In this document: piece by piece, positions 11,292 to 21,402 of the stretch
Layout: every line of letters begins with the position of its first letter
How positions within the stretch are numbered: position 1 is the first letter of the stretch
Assembly: GCF_028368995.1 (NCBI RefSeq)
Contig: NZ_JAQNDL010000003.1
Span: forward strand, 928,001-992,000
Direction of reading: 5' to 3'
DNA length: 64,000 nt
Source: Nannocystis bainbridge
GTDB lineage: Bacteria > Myxococcota_A > Polyangia > Nannocystales > Nannocystaceae
Position numbers and translations under genes: made by a program
Notes under the pieces: generated by a model
Databases searched by the model: none
Told to the model about the DNA's origin: nothing
What the model saw: only the letters and a program-made list of their open reading frames with translations

Positions 11292-11834
11292 TCATTCGCG
11301 CGTGAGCACGAAGATCCGGTCGACGCACGCCTCGCCGCGCCAGATCGTCTCCACCGCCGCCTCCTCGATCATCCCCAGGCGGCGCGCCAGCGCCAGCGAG
11401 CGCAGGTTGCGGTCGTCGATCGTCACCTGGATCCGCGTCACCCCCAGCTGCGCGAACGCGTAAGTAAACACCGCGCGGACCGCCTCGCTGGCCAGCCCCC
11501 GGCCCTGCTGCGCCGTCATCAGCGTATAGCCGATCTCCACCGTCGTCGGCTCGCCTGCCATCACGCGCAGGCCGATGTCTCCGATCAGCGCGCCGTCGGC
11601 GTGCAGCGCCAGGGCGAACTGGTACCACACGCCCGGCACCCCGGGCCGGGCGCCCTGCAGCCCGGCGATGAAATCACGCGCCTGCGCCTCGTCGAATTGT
11701 GACCACCCCTGATAGCGGGCCACCTCCGGGTCGGCGCGATAGGCCACCAGGATCGGCGCATCCGCCTCGCGGAACGCCCGGATCTGCAGCCGCGGCGTGG
11801 TGATGAAGCAACCTGTCTCTTCAAACATACTCAC
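11292..11834 (-). CDS. GNAT acetyltransferase, RimJ/RimL family
   Basis: TPRLQIR, EIGYTL, QQGRGLASEA, NLRSLALARRLG. Confidence 0.88.
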   Translation of the reverse strand: MSMFEETGCFITTPRLQIRAFREADAPILVAYRADPEVARYQGWSQFDEAQARDFIAGLQGARPGVPGVWYQFALALHADGALIGDIGLRVMAGEPTTVEIGYTLMTAQQGRGLASEAVRAVFTYAFAQLGVTRIQVTIDDRNLRSLALARRLGMIEEAAVETIWRGEACVDRIFVLTRE

Positions 11835-14340
11835 CAGCCCCGGAGAAGAACAGCCCCGCCCCGCGCAGCAGCCGCGGCGCCTCGGCGGTCGTGGCGATCG
11901 CGTGCGCGCTCGCTTCGTCGGTCGGCGCCGGCAGCCGCGCGTCGCGGCCGATCGCCAGCAGCGCCCCGTCGAAGCTCTGCGCGAGGCGGGCCGCCGCCAC
12001 GCAGGCGTCCCCCCGCAGGTGCGTCGCCAGCCGCGCCACGCTCGCCGCGTCCGCGCGCCAGCTCTGCAGCTGCTCCGCGAGCTGGCCCCGCCGCGCCGCC
12101 GTGAAGCGCTCCGGCGTCACCCCGCGCTTGTGCCAGAGGCGCACGATCGTCTGCGCCCCCGGCAATGTCGGCACCTGCGCCGGCTCACCCAGCCACGCCA
12201 TCGCTGCCAGCAATTCGTGGAGCGACGCCCCGGCCGGATCGAGCACGATCGCCAGGCCGCCGCGGATCAGCTCCGCCGCCAGCGCCAGGCGGAATCGCCG
12301 CTCGCGTGGGTCCTGGCGCACGATCGGCGGATACACCACGATCGTCGGCTCGCGCTCGTTGCGAATGCCCACACCGCCCTCGGGTCCGCCGCGGCCGACG
12401 CGGACCTGCAGCCGCGATCCCGTGCGCGCGCGCAGCCACGCCAGCGTCGGCTCGACCTGCGCCAGCACCTGCGCCGTCACCTCCGCGTCCGCCGGCACCA
12501 GCTCGCGCGCGGCACGGATCCCCGCCGTCGCCGCCGTCAACGCCTGCAAGCTCCCGCGGATCGCCTCACGCGGCTCGCCGACGTCCTCGCTCGCCGCCGT
12601 CGGCGTCTCCTCGCCCGCCTCACCGACCTCGATCTCGACCCCTGCGATCGCGCACCCTGGCAGCAGGAAACTCGCCACCTGTCGCAGCGCTCGCGCGCGC
12701 CCCGGCTCACCTGTCTCTTCGACCATCTCTGCCAGCGCCAGCACCGCGCCCGGCTCGAGCGAGCGGGCCGCCCGCGCTTGCAGCTCCGTGCGCACCCGCC
12801 TGCGATCCGCGCGCCCCGGGCCACCCGCGATCGCCTCGCCTGGCAGCCCCTCGCGCGCCCGGTGCAGCGCCGCAGCCGCGATCTCGCTCGCCGCTCGCTC
12901 CGCCTCGGCTACGTCGCGCCCGCAGCGGCGGCCCGCCGCGGCCACCCGCGCCTGCAGCTCGGCCGGCTCGCACCACGCTCGCTCGCACCGCTCATCTGCC
13001 GCCAGCGCCGCGTCGACGGCCGCCTCGACCTGCTCGCTCGCCACCTGCGGATCGCCGGCCCGCGCGATCGCCAGCGCTCGCCACGCCGCCGCCTGCGCCG
13101 CCGGCCCCCCGCTCCACGCCATGTCCTCGACGCCCGATCGCGCTCGCCCGCCCCACGACATGTCCTCGAGGACAGCCCGCGCACGACCTCCGGCCCCCAG
13201 CAGCTCCGCCTCGGCCAGCGCTCGCGCCACCCGCCGCCGCGACCGCGCCGCCGGCGGGCCCGGCATTCGCTCGAGCGTCGTCAGCCCGCGCACCACCGCC
13301 TCCGCCTCGCCGGCGCGCGCCTGGGCCACGATCACCCGCCACCACGCCTCCGGGTCGTCGGGCGCCGCCGCCAGCCACGCCCGCACCGCCGCTCCTGCCC
13401 CCGCGCGGTCGCGGAAGCGCAGCAGCTCCGCCTGCACCTGCGCCAGCGCCCGCGTCAGCCGCCGCGCCCCCGGGTGCGTCGGCGCCGGCGCGTAGCTCAG
13501 GGCCGCCAGCGCCGCCGCGCGATCACCTGCCCGCAGCGCCGCCCGCAGCTCGGCCAGCGGATCGTCCAGTCCTTCGGACATGTCTTCTCGCGCATGTCCC
13601 TCGGGAAATGTCCGAAAGGGCATGTCCTCACGAACATGTCCTTGTGGACCTGACCCATGGGCCACGTCCGCCAGCACCACCCGCAGCCCGCGGCCTTCCC
13701 CGCGCACCCGCGTCACCGCCAGCCCGAGCGTGCGCGGCGGGCTCGTCCCGGCCGCGCGGAACGCCCGGCGCAGCAGCCACTCCGGCCGGACCCGCAGCGT
13801 GTCCGCCGCGACCGTCACCACCCCCTCGCGCCCGAGCGCCAGCCCGCGGGCCACCGCCGACCACAGGGCCGTCCCCGAGGGCGCCAGCGGTCCGGTCGCC
13901 CACACGCGACGGGCGCGCACGCAGATCTCTCCTGCCTCCGCCGTCGCCGTGAGCTCGATCTGGGCCAGCGCCGGCCAGCCGTCGTCGCGCGGCCCGCTCA
14001 GCGTCAGCACCGCCGCCTCGCCGGCGAGATCTACGCCGACCTGCTCGATCGGCCAGCCGCCGATCGGCAGCCCGCGCAGCGACTGCGCCGCCGCCGCGAG
14101 CGCCTCCGCGGTCACCTCCAGGCGGGCCTCGAGCGCGCGCCAGCGGCCGTCCCGCAGCCCCGCCGTCGCGCCCTGCGGCTCGCCGATCGGCTCGGCGATC
14201 AGGCCCGTCAGGCGCAGCCCGGGCGCCAGGTCGGCCGGGCCGGCGTGGAGCCGGACCCGCGGGCCACCTGGCCCCTGGGCCAGCTCGAGGCGGAGGCCGA
14301 GGCCGCTCGCCTGTCCGTCACGACCGGTCGCGGACGCCAT
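11821..14340 (-). CDS. Large Ala/Arg-rich hypothetical protein with TPR-like helices
   Basis: 839-aa ORF filling the space between ppiD and the GNAT gene (28-bp gap; overlap). TPR-like AAPDDPEAW segment. Confidence 0.6.
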   Translation of the reverse strand: MASATGRDGQASGLGLRLELAQGPGGPRVRLHAGPADLAPGLRLTGLIAEPIGEPQGATAGLRDGRWRALEARLEVTAEALAAAAQSLRGLPIGGWPIEQVGVDLAGEAAVLTLSGPRDDGWPALAQIELTATAEAGEICVRARRVWATGPLAPSGTALWSAVARGLALGREGVVTVAADTLRVRPEWLLRRAFRAAGTSPPRTLGLAVTRVRGEGRGLRVVLADVAHGSGPQGHVREDMPFRTFPEGHAREDMSEGLDDPLAELRAALRAGDRAAALAALSYAPAPTHPGARRLTRALAQVQAELLRFRDRAGAGAAVRAWLAAAPDDPEAWWRVIVAQARAGEAEAVVRGLTTLERMPGPPAARSRRRVARALAEAELLGAGGRARAVLEDMSWGGRARSGVEDMAWSGGPAAQAAAWRALAIARAGDPQVASEQVEAAVDAALAADERCERAWCEPAELQARVAAAGRRCGRDVAEAERAASEIAAAALHRAREGLPGEAIAGGPGRADRRRVRTELQARAARSLEPGAVLALAEMVEETGEPGRARALRQVASFLLPGCAIAGVEIEVGEAGEETPTAASEDVGEPREAIRGSLQALTAATAGIRAARELVPADAEVTAQVLAQVEPTLAWLRARTGSRLQVRVGRGGPEGGVGIRNEREPTIVVYPPIVRQDPRERRFRLALAAELIRGGLAIVLDPAGASLHELLAAMAWLGEPAQVPTLPGAQTIVRLWHKRGVTPERFTAARRGQLAEQLQSWRADAASVARLATHLRGDACVAAARLAQSFDGALLAIGRDARLPAPTDEASAHAIATTAEAPRLLRGAGLFFSGAGEYV
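13576..13655. repeat. 14-bp-period palindromic array, 6 units, inside a CDS
   Basis: CATG-like centres at 13579, 13593, 13607, 13621, 13635, 13649. Confidence 0.9.
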
Positions 14341-14367
14341 GGGTCTGCGACCTGTCCCTTCAGTCAG

Positions 14368-16179
14368 CTAGCGGCCACCGCCGCCGGTCAGCGCTGCCAG
14401 GTTGAGCATGCCGCCGCGGTTACCGACGCGGTCGCACATCACGTACGGCCGCAGCACCCGGTTGCCCTTGTCGTCGAAGGCTTCCTTGCTGTCGTAGGTC
14501 ATCTTCTCCTGCACGCGCTGCTCATACGGGACGATGTCGCCGCGGGCCTTGTCGCCGAGGCAGGTGTGGTAGGCGAAGCGGGCCGTGACCTTGGCCGCCT
14601 TGGCCTCGGACAGCTCGCGGTAGAGGCCCGCGCGGGCGGCCGCGAAGCCCTCGTCGGTGGCCGTCTCCTTGCGCTCGACCGCCGCCAGGATGAAGCCGTC
14701 GGGCGTCTCGAACACCTGGTCGATGAACTCGGCCTTCGGATCGGCCGACCACGCGGCCTTCGTGATCTCGGGGTTCACGCCGAGGCCGGGGATCGGCTTC
14801 TCCTTGCTGAACAGACCGGTGACTCGCAGTTCGGGCTTGTCGTCGCCCGGCTTCGGCGCCGGCGGCGGCTCGGTCGGCACCTCGAGCTGATCGATCCCCC
14901 CGGCCGTCGGCCCGCCGAGCGCGTCGGGCGAGCGGAACAGCTGCTTCATCGTCGACCCGTCCTTGAGCGCCTGCAGCGCCTCGGCCGCGGCCTGCTTCGC
15001 CAGCGCCTTGCCGCGCTCGCGCATCAGCGCCTCCTCCGCCAGGTCGACGATCGCCTCGTCCTGGGCCACGTCGCCCTCGCGCTGGCCCTCGACCTTGACG
15101 ACGTAGAACGCCTCGTCGCTCTCGACCACGTCGGAGCGCTCGCCGACTTGCAGCTTGCGCGCCGCCTCGTCGACCGCCGGGTCGAGCCCGGTGCCGGTGC
15201 CCTCGAGCGTCACCCACCCGTAGTCACCGCCGCGCCGGGCCGTGTCGCCGTCCTCCGAGGTCGCCCGCGCCACCGCGCGGAAGTCCTCGCCGGCCTGCAG
15301 CTTGGCCAGCGCCCCGTCGATCTTGGCGCGCGTCGCCGCCAGGTCGCTGGCGTACTTCTGCTGCGTCGCCTTGTCCGCGTCGACCGCCGGCGGCTGCGGC
15401 TTGCCGACCTCGATGAAGCGCAGGCGGATCTGCTTGGGCAGCTTGAGGAAGCGCGTGCCCTGCGACTCGAACTGCTTGACCAGCTCGTCCTTGTGGGCCG
15501 CCACGTACGCGTCGAGGTCGGCGCGCGACGAGTCGACCAGGTCGGCGAACCGCCCGGCCTCGAAGCGGGCGTAACGCAGCGACAGCTGGTTCTGGCGCCC
15601 GTCGTAGGCCGCCCGGACCTCGGCCTCGGACACCGTGATCACGCTCGCCAGCACGTCGCGCACGGTGCGGGCCAGCACCTCTTCGCGCTGGTAGTCGAGG
15701 TAGCGGCGCTCGCCGACGGCGAAGCGAGGCAGCCAGTTGCGCTCGAACGCCGCGTAGTTGAAGGTCTGCCCGGCCAGCCAGTCCCAGGTCTTGCCGAGCA
15801 CGATGAAGTGGCCGTCGGCCGTGAGATCTTCGGCGTCGCCGAGGTCGGCCACCAGGCCCATGCGCCGGCCGATCTCGCCGAGCACGCGGCGCTCGATGAT
15901 CGCGTCGAGCACCTCCTCGTAGAGGCCCAGCATCTCCTGCATCTTCGCGTCCTCGGGGATCCGCGTGGTCAAGGAGATGGCCCGGGCTTCGTACTGGAAG
16001 TCCTCGTCGACCACGTTCGCGCCGTAGGTCTTGGCGATCGGCTGGAGCCCGCACGTGATCGCTTCGGTCGGCAGGCCGAAGCTCAGCCCGAAGGCGAGCG
16101 CCAGCATCCCGAGCAGGATCCACGCGCCGATGGTCTTCATCGCGGTGCCACGTGGGGCCGCGTCCGTCTCGTCCGTCAT
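14368..16179 (-). CDS. ppiD: PpiD-like membrane-anchored chaperone/parvulin PPIase
   Basis: N-terminal TM, SurA-N-like region (VSEAEVRAAY), parvulin GEDFRAVARATSED...GGDYGW. Confidence 0.75.
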   Translation of the reverse strand: MTDETDAAPRGTAMKTIGAWILLGMLALAFGLSFGLPTEAITCGLQPIAKTYGANVVDEDFQYEARAISLTTRIPEDAKMQEMLGLYEEVLDAIIERRVLGEIGRRMGLVADLGDAEDLTADGHFIVLGKTWDWLAGQTFNYAAFERNWLPRFAVGERRYLDYQREEVLARTVRDVLASVITVSEAEVRAAYDGRQNQLSLRYARFEAGRFADLVDSSRADLDAYVAAHKDELVKQFESQGTRFLKLPKQIRLRFIEVGKPQPPAVDADKATQQKYASDLAATRAKIDGALAKLQAGEDFRAVARATSEDGDTARRGGDYGWVTLEGTGTGLDPAVDEAARKLQVGERSDVVESDEAFYVVKVEGQREGDVAQDEAIVDLAEEALMRERGKALAKQAAAEALQALKDGSTMKQLFRSPDALGGPTAGGIDQLEVPTEPPPAPKPGDDKPELRVTGLFSKEKPIPGLGVNPEITKAAWSADPKAEFIDQVFETPDGFILAAVERKETATDEGFAAARAGLYRELSEAKAAKVTARFAYHTCLGDKARGDIVPYEQRVQEKMTYDSKEAFDDKGNRVLRPYVMCDRVGNRGGMLNLAALTGGGGR

Positions 16180-16412
16180 GTCCCGGCGAAGCTAGCGGTA
16201 AGACGGCCCCTGGGAAACTCCGGACCGCCTGCGGGCCCGCGGAATACGCCGGCCGGGTGCCGCGTTGGCCGCCGCGGAGCCGGCGCTCCGCGCTCCTGGG
16301 CCCGAAGCCGGCGGACGCTCGTCGGTTGTGAGAAAAGCCGCAAGCCTCACGCACAACGCCGCTGACTTGCCGCCGACGACTTCGGCGGGTACACCCGAAC
16401 GCCGCGCGCAGC

Positions 16413-17444
16413 ATGCTCTTTGACTGGGTATACGGCCTGTTCTCCAACGACATGGCCATCGACCTCGGGACCGCCACCACCCTGACGTACGTCAAGGGTA
16501 GGGGGATCGTCGCCCACGAGCCCAGCGTGGTGGCCGTGCAAAAGAAGGGCAGCACCAAGCGGGTCGTCGCCGTCGGCAAGGAGGCCAAGGAGATGCTGGG
16601 GCGCACGCCCGGCAGCATCACCGCCATCCGGCCGATGAAGGACGGCGTCATCGCCGACTTCGAGGTCACCGAGGCGATGATGCGGCACTTCATCAACCGG
16701 GCCCACAACCGCCAGACCCTGGTCAAGCCGCGGATCGTCATCTGCGTGCCCTCGGGCATCACCGAGGTCGAGAAGCGGGCGGTCAAGGACTCGGCGCTGG
16801 CGGCCGGGGCGCGCGAGGTGTTCCTCATCGAGGAGCCGATGGCCGCGGCGATCGGCGCCGGCCTGCCGATCACCGAGCCGGGCGGCAACATGGTCGTCGA
16901 CATCGGCGGCGGCACGGCCGAGGTCGCGGTGATCTCCCTCGCCGGGATCGTCGCCTGCAAGAGCATCCGCGTCGGCGGCGACAAGATCGACGAGGCGATC
17001 GTCCAGCACGTCAAGCGCAAGTACAACCTCCTGATCGGCGAGCGGACCGCCGAGCGCATCAAGATCCAGATCGGCACCGCCGCGCCGATGCGCAACTTCA
17101 TGACGATGGAGGTCAAGGGCCGCGACCTGGTCGGCGGGATCCCCAAGACCATCGTCGTCGACAGCGAGGAGATCCGCGAGGCCGTCAGCGAGCCGGTCGC
17201 GGCGATCGTCGAGGCCGTGCGCATGGTGCTCGAGGCCGCCCCGCCCGAGCTGTGCGCCGACATCGTCGACAAGGGCATCGTCCTCACCGGCGGCGGCTCG
17301 CAGCTGCGCAACCTCGACGTCCTCCTGTCCGAAGAGACAGGCCTGCCGTGCTTCGTGTGCGACGAGCCCGAGTTCGCGGTCGTGCTCGGCACCGGCGCGG
17401 TCCTCGACGAGCTCGACCTCCTCCGCGAGGTCGCGCTCCAGTAG
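16413..17444 (+). CDS. mreB: Rod shape-determining protein MreB
   Basis: [44 protein letters not shown]. Confidence 0.97.
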   Translation: MLFDWVYGLFSNDMAIDLGTATTLTYVKGRGIVAHEPSVVAVQKKGSTKRVVAVGKEAKEMLGRTPGSITAIRPMKDGVIADFEVTEAMMRHFINRAHNRQTLVKPRIVICVPSGITEVEKRAVKDSALAAGAREVFLIEEPMAAAIGAGLPITEPGGNMVVDIGGGTAEVAVISLAGIVACKSIRVGGDKIDEAIVQHVKRKYNLLIGERTAERIKIQIGTAAPMRNFMTMEVKGRDLVGGIPKTIVVDSEEIREAVSEPVAAIVEAVRMVLEAAPPELCADIVDKGIVLTGGGSQLRNLDVLLSEETGLPCFVCDEPEFAVVLGTGAVLDELDLLREVALQ

Positions 17445-17457
17445 GGAGCCCCGGAGG

Positions 17458-18336
17458 ATGGCCGGCCTCCGCAGCGCCAAGAACGCGGTCCTGGTCGCGA
17501 TCCTGCTCGGGATCCCGGCGCTCCTGCTGCGCTCGAGCTTGCAGGACCCACGCGCGCTCGGCGGCTTCGACCGCATGGCCGTCAAGATCGGCGCCCCGCT
17601 CGAGGCCGGCATCAGCTACGCCGCCGGCAACGCCGGCCGGTTCTTCGAGCGCTGGCTGCTGCAGGCCCGCCTGCAGGACGACAACGAGACGCTCGCGGCC
17701 GAGAACCGCAAGCTCCGGCTCGACCTGCGCGGCCTGCTGCAAGTGGAGGAAGAGAACCGCGAGCTGCGGCGTTCGCTGCAGATGCGCGACAAGGTCGCCG
17801 AGGACATGCTCGCCGCCGAGGTCGCGGGCGTCGAGCAGTCGCCGTTCTTCCGCGTCGTCAAGCTGCGGCTCGACCGCGGCGACCGGGTCGTGCGCCCCGG
17901 CATGGCCGTGATCGCCGACGCCGGCGTGGTCGGCCGCATCGACCGCGCCGCCGGCGACCACAGCGAGGTCATGCTGATCACCGACCCACGCAGCAAGGTC
18001 GCGGTCGAGATCGCCAGCACCCGCGCGCCCGGAATCCTCGAGGGCATCGGCGAGGACCGCTGCGTCGTCCACGTCGCCGCCGACCTCGGCGTCAGCGTCG
18101 GCGACCTGGTCCAGACCTCCGGCGTCGACGAGCTGTTCCCCCGCGGCCAGCCGGTCGGCCAGGTCGTGCGCGTCGACGACGTCGTCGGCGCCCAGCAGCG
18201 CGTCCACGTCATCCCCGCCGTCCGCTTCGACCGCCTCGACATGGTGTGGGTGGTCCTCGCCAGCGCCCCCGCCCCCGACCCCGAGGGCGCCAACCGCCCG
18301 CCCGCCGCCGCCTACGGCCTCGGCCCGCTGCAGTGA
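17458..18336 (+). CDS. mreC: Rod shape-determining protein MreC
   Basis: N-terminal TM, coiled coil (ENRELRRSL), GVVGRI, TSGVDELFPRG; directly after mreB. Confidence 0.92.
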   Translation: MAGLRSAKNAVLVAILLGIPALLLRSSLQDPRALGGFDRMAVKIGAPLEAGISYAAGNAGRFFERWLLQARLQDDNETLAAENRKLRLDLRGLLQVEEENRELRRSLQMRDKVAEDMLAAEVAGVEQSPFFRVVKLRLDRGDRVVRPGMAVIADAGVVGRIDRAAGDHSEVMLITDPRSKVAVEIASTRAPGILEGIGEDRCVVHVAADLGVSVGDLVQTSGVDELFPRGQPVGQVVRVDDVVGAQQRVHVIPAVRFDRLDMVWVVLASAPAPDPEGANRPPAAAYGLGPLQ

Positions 18337-18359
18337 TGCCCATGCCCATGCCCATGCCC
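18336..18359 (+). repeat. (ATGCCC)x4 microsatellite
   Basis: Tandem repeat starting at the mreC stop codon. Confidence 0.8.
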
Positions 18360-18387
18360 ACGCCGACCGCCGCCGCCCGCATCACCG

Positions 18388-18467
18388 CGACATGTCCGCA
18401 AGGACATGTCCATGAGGACAGCGCTGATCGTACATGTCTCTTCGGACATGGCCCTTCGAGCATCCTC
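18388..18467. repeat. 14-bp-period palindromic array, 6 units, in the mreC-mreD spacer
   Basis: Centres at 18391, 18405, 18419, 18433, 18447, 18461. Confidence 0.9.
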
Positions 18468-18496
18468 GGACATCAAGGTCCCATGCCCCACGGCTC

Positions 18497-19096
18497 ATGC
18501 GCCCCCTGATCTACATCGCCCTCGGCTGGCTGCTCCTGGCCGCCGTCGGCGGCCTCGGGCAGACGCTCGGGCTCACGATCATGCTGCCGGCCACCTCGGC
18601 CGCGCTGGTCGCCCACGTCGTGTTCGGGCGCGAGCTCTCGCTGCCGAGCGGCCTGCTGGTCGCCGTCAGCCTCGGCTACCTCGAGGACCTGGCCCAGGGG
18701 ACGCCCATCGGCCTGCTGTCGCTGGCCTATGGCCTGTCGTGCTGCGCCCTCGTGTGGTCGAGCCGGCGCCTCGCCGTCGAGGGCCCGATCGCGCGCGCCC
18801 TCGCGGCCGGGGTCGCCGCCGCCCTCGTCGACCTCGTCACCTTCGCCCTCCTCTTCTCCGTCCGCTTCCGCCTCGGCGTCGACACCGAGGCCCTCGTCAC
18901 CGGCCTCCTGCAGGCCCGCTGGCACGCCCTCGCCACCGTGCTCGCCGCCCCTGGCGTGTTCGTGCTCGCCGAGCTGGCCCTCGGCGCCTGGGACCGCGCC
19001 TTCGGCCGCCGGCCCCGCCCCGCTCGCCGCTCGCCGCTGCAGGCGCGCAGCGCCGGCTCCACCCTCGAGGGCGACGGCCCGTCCGATTGGACATGA
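18497..19096 (+). CDS. mreD: MreD-like membrane protein
   Basis: Hydrophobic; GYLEDLAQGTPIGL resembles the MreD GLLxD...GxxxG motif; lies between mreC and mrdA. Confidence 0.7.
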   Translation: MRPLIYIALGWLLLAAVGGLGQTLGLTIMLPATSAALVAHVVFGRELSLPSGLLVAVSLGYLEDLAQGTPIGLLSLAYGLSCCALVWSSRRLAVEGPIARALAAGVAAALVDLVTFALLFSVRFRLGVDTEALVTGLLQARWHALATVLAAPGVFVLAELALGAWDRAFGRRPRPARRSPLQARSAGSTLEGDGPSDWT

Positions 19097-19100
19097 CCCG

Positions 19101-21347
19101 ATGACCAGCCTACGCGAGCCCGACGACCTCCGCGCCCTGCGGCCCCGGCTGCAGGCGATGGTGCTCGTGGTCCTGCTCGCGCTGATGGTCCTGCTCGGGC
19201 GCCTGTGCCAGCTGCAGGTGCTCGAGGGCGAGCACTACGTGCGTCGGGCCGAGCGCAACTTCATCGACACCATCGAGGCCCCGGCCCTGCGCGGGCGGAT
19301 CTTCGACGCCCAGGGCCGGCCGCTCGCCGCCAACCGCCCGGCCTACACCCTCTACGTCACCCCGCGGCCGCGCATCGTCGTCGAGACCGACGACCCGCGC
19401 GCGCGCACCCAGACCGGCTCGCGCGTGCCGCTGTCCGACGCCCAGATCGACGCCCTCGCCGACCTCGTCGATTTCGTCGACGCCGCCGACCGCGAGCAGT
19501 TCACCGCCGCGATCGTGCGCCGGCGCGACCGCGACGAGGGCATCTATCCGTTCGCCGTGCGCGGCAACCTGACCTGGCAGGAGTTCGCGCGGATCCAGAC
19601 CCGCAAGGACGCCCTCGGCGACTGGCTCGAGATCCGCGAGAGCGCCCGCCGCTTCTATCCTGCCGGCGAGCTCACCGCTTTCGTCACCGGCTACGTCGGC
19701 GAGATCACCCCCGAGGGCCTCGCCAACTCCGCCGGCTCCTACCGCCCTGGCGACCGCGTCGGCAAGACCGGCATGGAGCGGCAGTGGGAGAACTACCTGC
19801 GCGGCCGCCCTGGCAAGCGCTCGCGCGTCGTCGACGTCCACCATCACCCGGTCAAGGACCCGCCGCGCGACGCCCTCGCCGCCTTGCCGCCTGACGAGGA
19901 CCCGATCCCCGGCCAGGACGTCTACCTCACCCTCGACCTCGACCTGCAGCGCGTCGCCGCCGAGGCGTTCGCCGACAAGCCCGCCGGGGCGCTCGTCGCC
20001 ATCGAGCCTGACACCGGCCGGATCGTCGCCATGATCAGCGTGCCGGCGATCGATCCCAACCGCTGGCAGCAGCCGATCGGCCGCGACCAGTACAAGGCCT
20101 GGTCCGAGAGCCTGCTCAAGCCCTTCATCGACCGCACCGTCCAGGAGCACTACTTCCCCGGCTCGACCTACAAGGTCGTCTCGGCCCTGTCCGCGCTCGA
20201 CGACCCGACCTTCGACCCCGAGAAGACGATCACCTGCGACGGCTACGTCAACTACGGCGGCCGCCGCTTCAAGTGCACGCACAAGCACGGCCCCGTCAAC
20301 CTCGAGCAGGCGATCGTGCAGTCGTGCAACGTGTACTTCTACACGCTGGCGATCGACACCGTGCTCAGCCTCGAGCGCATGGAGCTGTTCGCTCGCCGGC
20401 TCGGCCTCGGCGAGCGCACCGGCATCGGCATCAACAGCGAGGCCAAGGGTCGCATCCCGACCGAGGCCTTCGAGGCCCGCGAGGGCACCTACCAGCGCGG
20501 CGTCCGCCTCAACAGCGCCATCGGCCAGGGCAACGTCACCGCCACCGTCTTGCAGGTCGCCGTGCTCTACGCCGCGATCGCCAACGGCGGCCGCGTCATG
20601 ACCCCTTACATCGTCGACCGCATCGAGACCCCCGACCGTCGGCTCGTGCTGCAGAACAAGCCGCAGGTGCGCCGCGACCTCGAGCCGGTCCTGCCCGCCG
20701 ACCGCGACCGGATCCACGCTGGCCTCACCGGCGTCGTCAACAACGAGCTCGGCACCGCCTACAGCGAGCGGCTCGGCAGCGTCGTCGTCGCCGGCAAGAC
20801 CGGCACCGCCCAGGTCGGCGCCCTCGACAAGAAGAACAAGAACCCCAAGCCCGGCCCGATCCCCGGCTTCGACTTCAACCAGGACCACGCCTGGTTCGCC
20901 GGCTACGCCCCCGCCGACGCGCCCAAGATCGTCGTCGTCGCCTTCGTCGAGCACGGCGGCGTCGGTGCCGACGCGGCCGCGCCGATCGTCATGAAGGTCG
21001 TCGAGAGCTACCTCGGCAGCCGCTCCGAGACCCCCCAGCCGCGGCGCCCCGGCGGCGTCCCGCCGCCGCTGCCCGGCAAGCGCGGCCAGCAGGAGCTGCT
21101 CGGCGACAGCAACGCCACGCCCGACCGCGCCGTCGCCCTCACCGGCGCCCGCCTGCCCGGCGACCGCCCGCTCGGCCCGCCGCCGCCCAAGACCGAAGAG
21201 ACAGGTCTTTCCGGACATGTCGCAAAGGCCAGCTCGTTCGCGGGCTCGAGCCAGCCCGCCAAGAAGAAGAAGCAGCCCGGCCACAAGCCCGCCGCGCCCA
21301 AGCAATCGAAGAAGAAGAAGTCCGCCGCCAAGGAGCTCCTGCCGTGA
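19101..21347 (+). CDS. mrdA: Penicillin-binding protein 2
   Basis: RGRIFD, GKTGME, SxxK (PGSTYK), SxN (SCN), KTG, DHAWF; Lys/Pro-rich tail. Confidence 0.94.
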   Translation: MTSLREPDDLRALRPRLQAMVLVVLLALMVLLGRLCQLQVLEGEHYVRRAERNFIDTIEAPALRGRIFDAQGRPLAANRPAYTLYVTPRPRIVVETDDPRARTQTGSRVPLSDAQIDALADLVDFVDAADREQFTAAIVRRRDRDEGIYPFAVRGNLTWQEFARIQTRKDALGDWLEIRESARRFYPAGELTAFVTGYVGEITPEGLANSAGSYRPGDRVGKTGMERQWENYLRGRPGKRSRVVDVHHHPVKDPPRDALAALPPDEDPIPGQDVYLTLDLDLQRVAAEAFADKPAGALVAIEPDTGRIVAMISVPAIDPNRWQQPIGRDQYKAWSESLLKPFIDRTVQEHYFPGSTYKVVSALSALDDPTFDPEKTITCDGYVNYGGRRFKCTHKHGPVNLEQAIVQSCNVYFYTLAIDTVLSLERMELFARRLGLGERTGIGINSEAKGRIPTEAFEAREGTYQRGVRLNSAIGQGNVTATVLQVAVLYAAIANGGRVMTPYIVDRIETPDRRLVLQNKPQVRRDLEPVLPADRDRIHAGLTGVVNNELGTAYSERLGSVVVAGKTGTAQVGALDKKNKNPKPGPIPGFDFNQDHAWFAGYAPADAPKIVVVAFVEHGGVGADAAAPIVMKVVESYLGSRSETPQPRRPGGVPPPLPGKRGQQELLGDSNATPDRAVALTGARLPGDRPLGPPPPKTEETGLSGHVAKASSFAGSSQPAKKKKQPGHKPAAPKQSKKKKSAAKELLP

Positions 21348-21402
21348 CGCTCACCCGCCGCCTCGACCTCGCCATCGCCTCGCCCGCGCAGGAGCTCCGG
21401 CG

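Noticed and set aside
18388-18467. GGACATGTCC equals the p53 half-site consensus RRRCWWGYYY
   Set aside because: Bacterial context. Isolated copies show the unit is TGTCC-N4-GGACA, and the p53-like 10-mer arises at tandem junctions.
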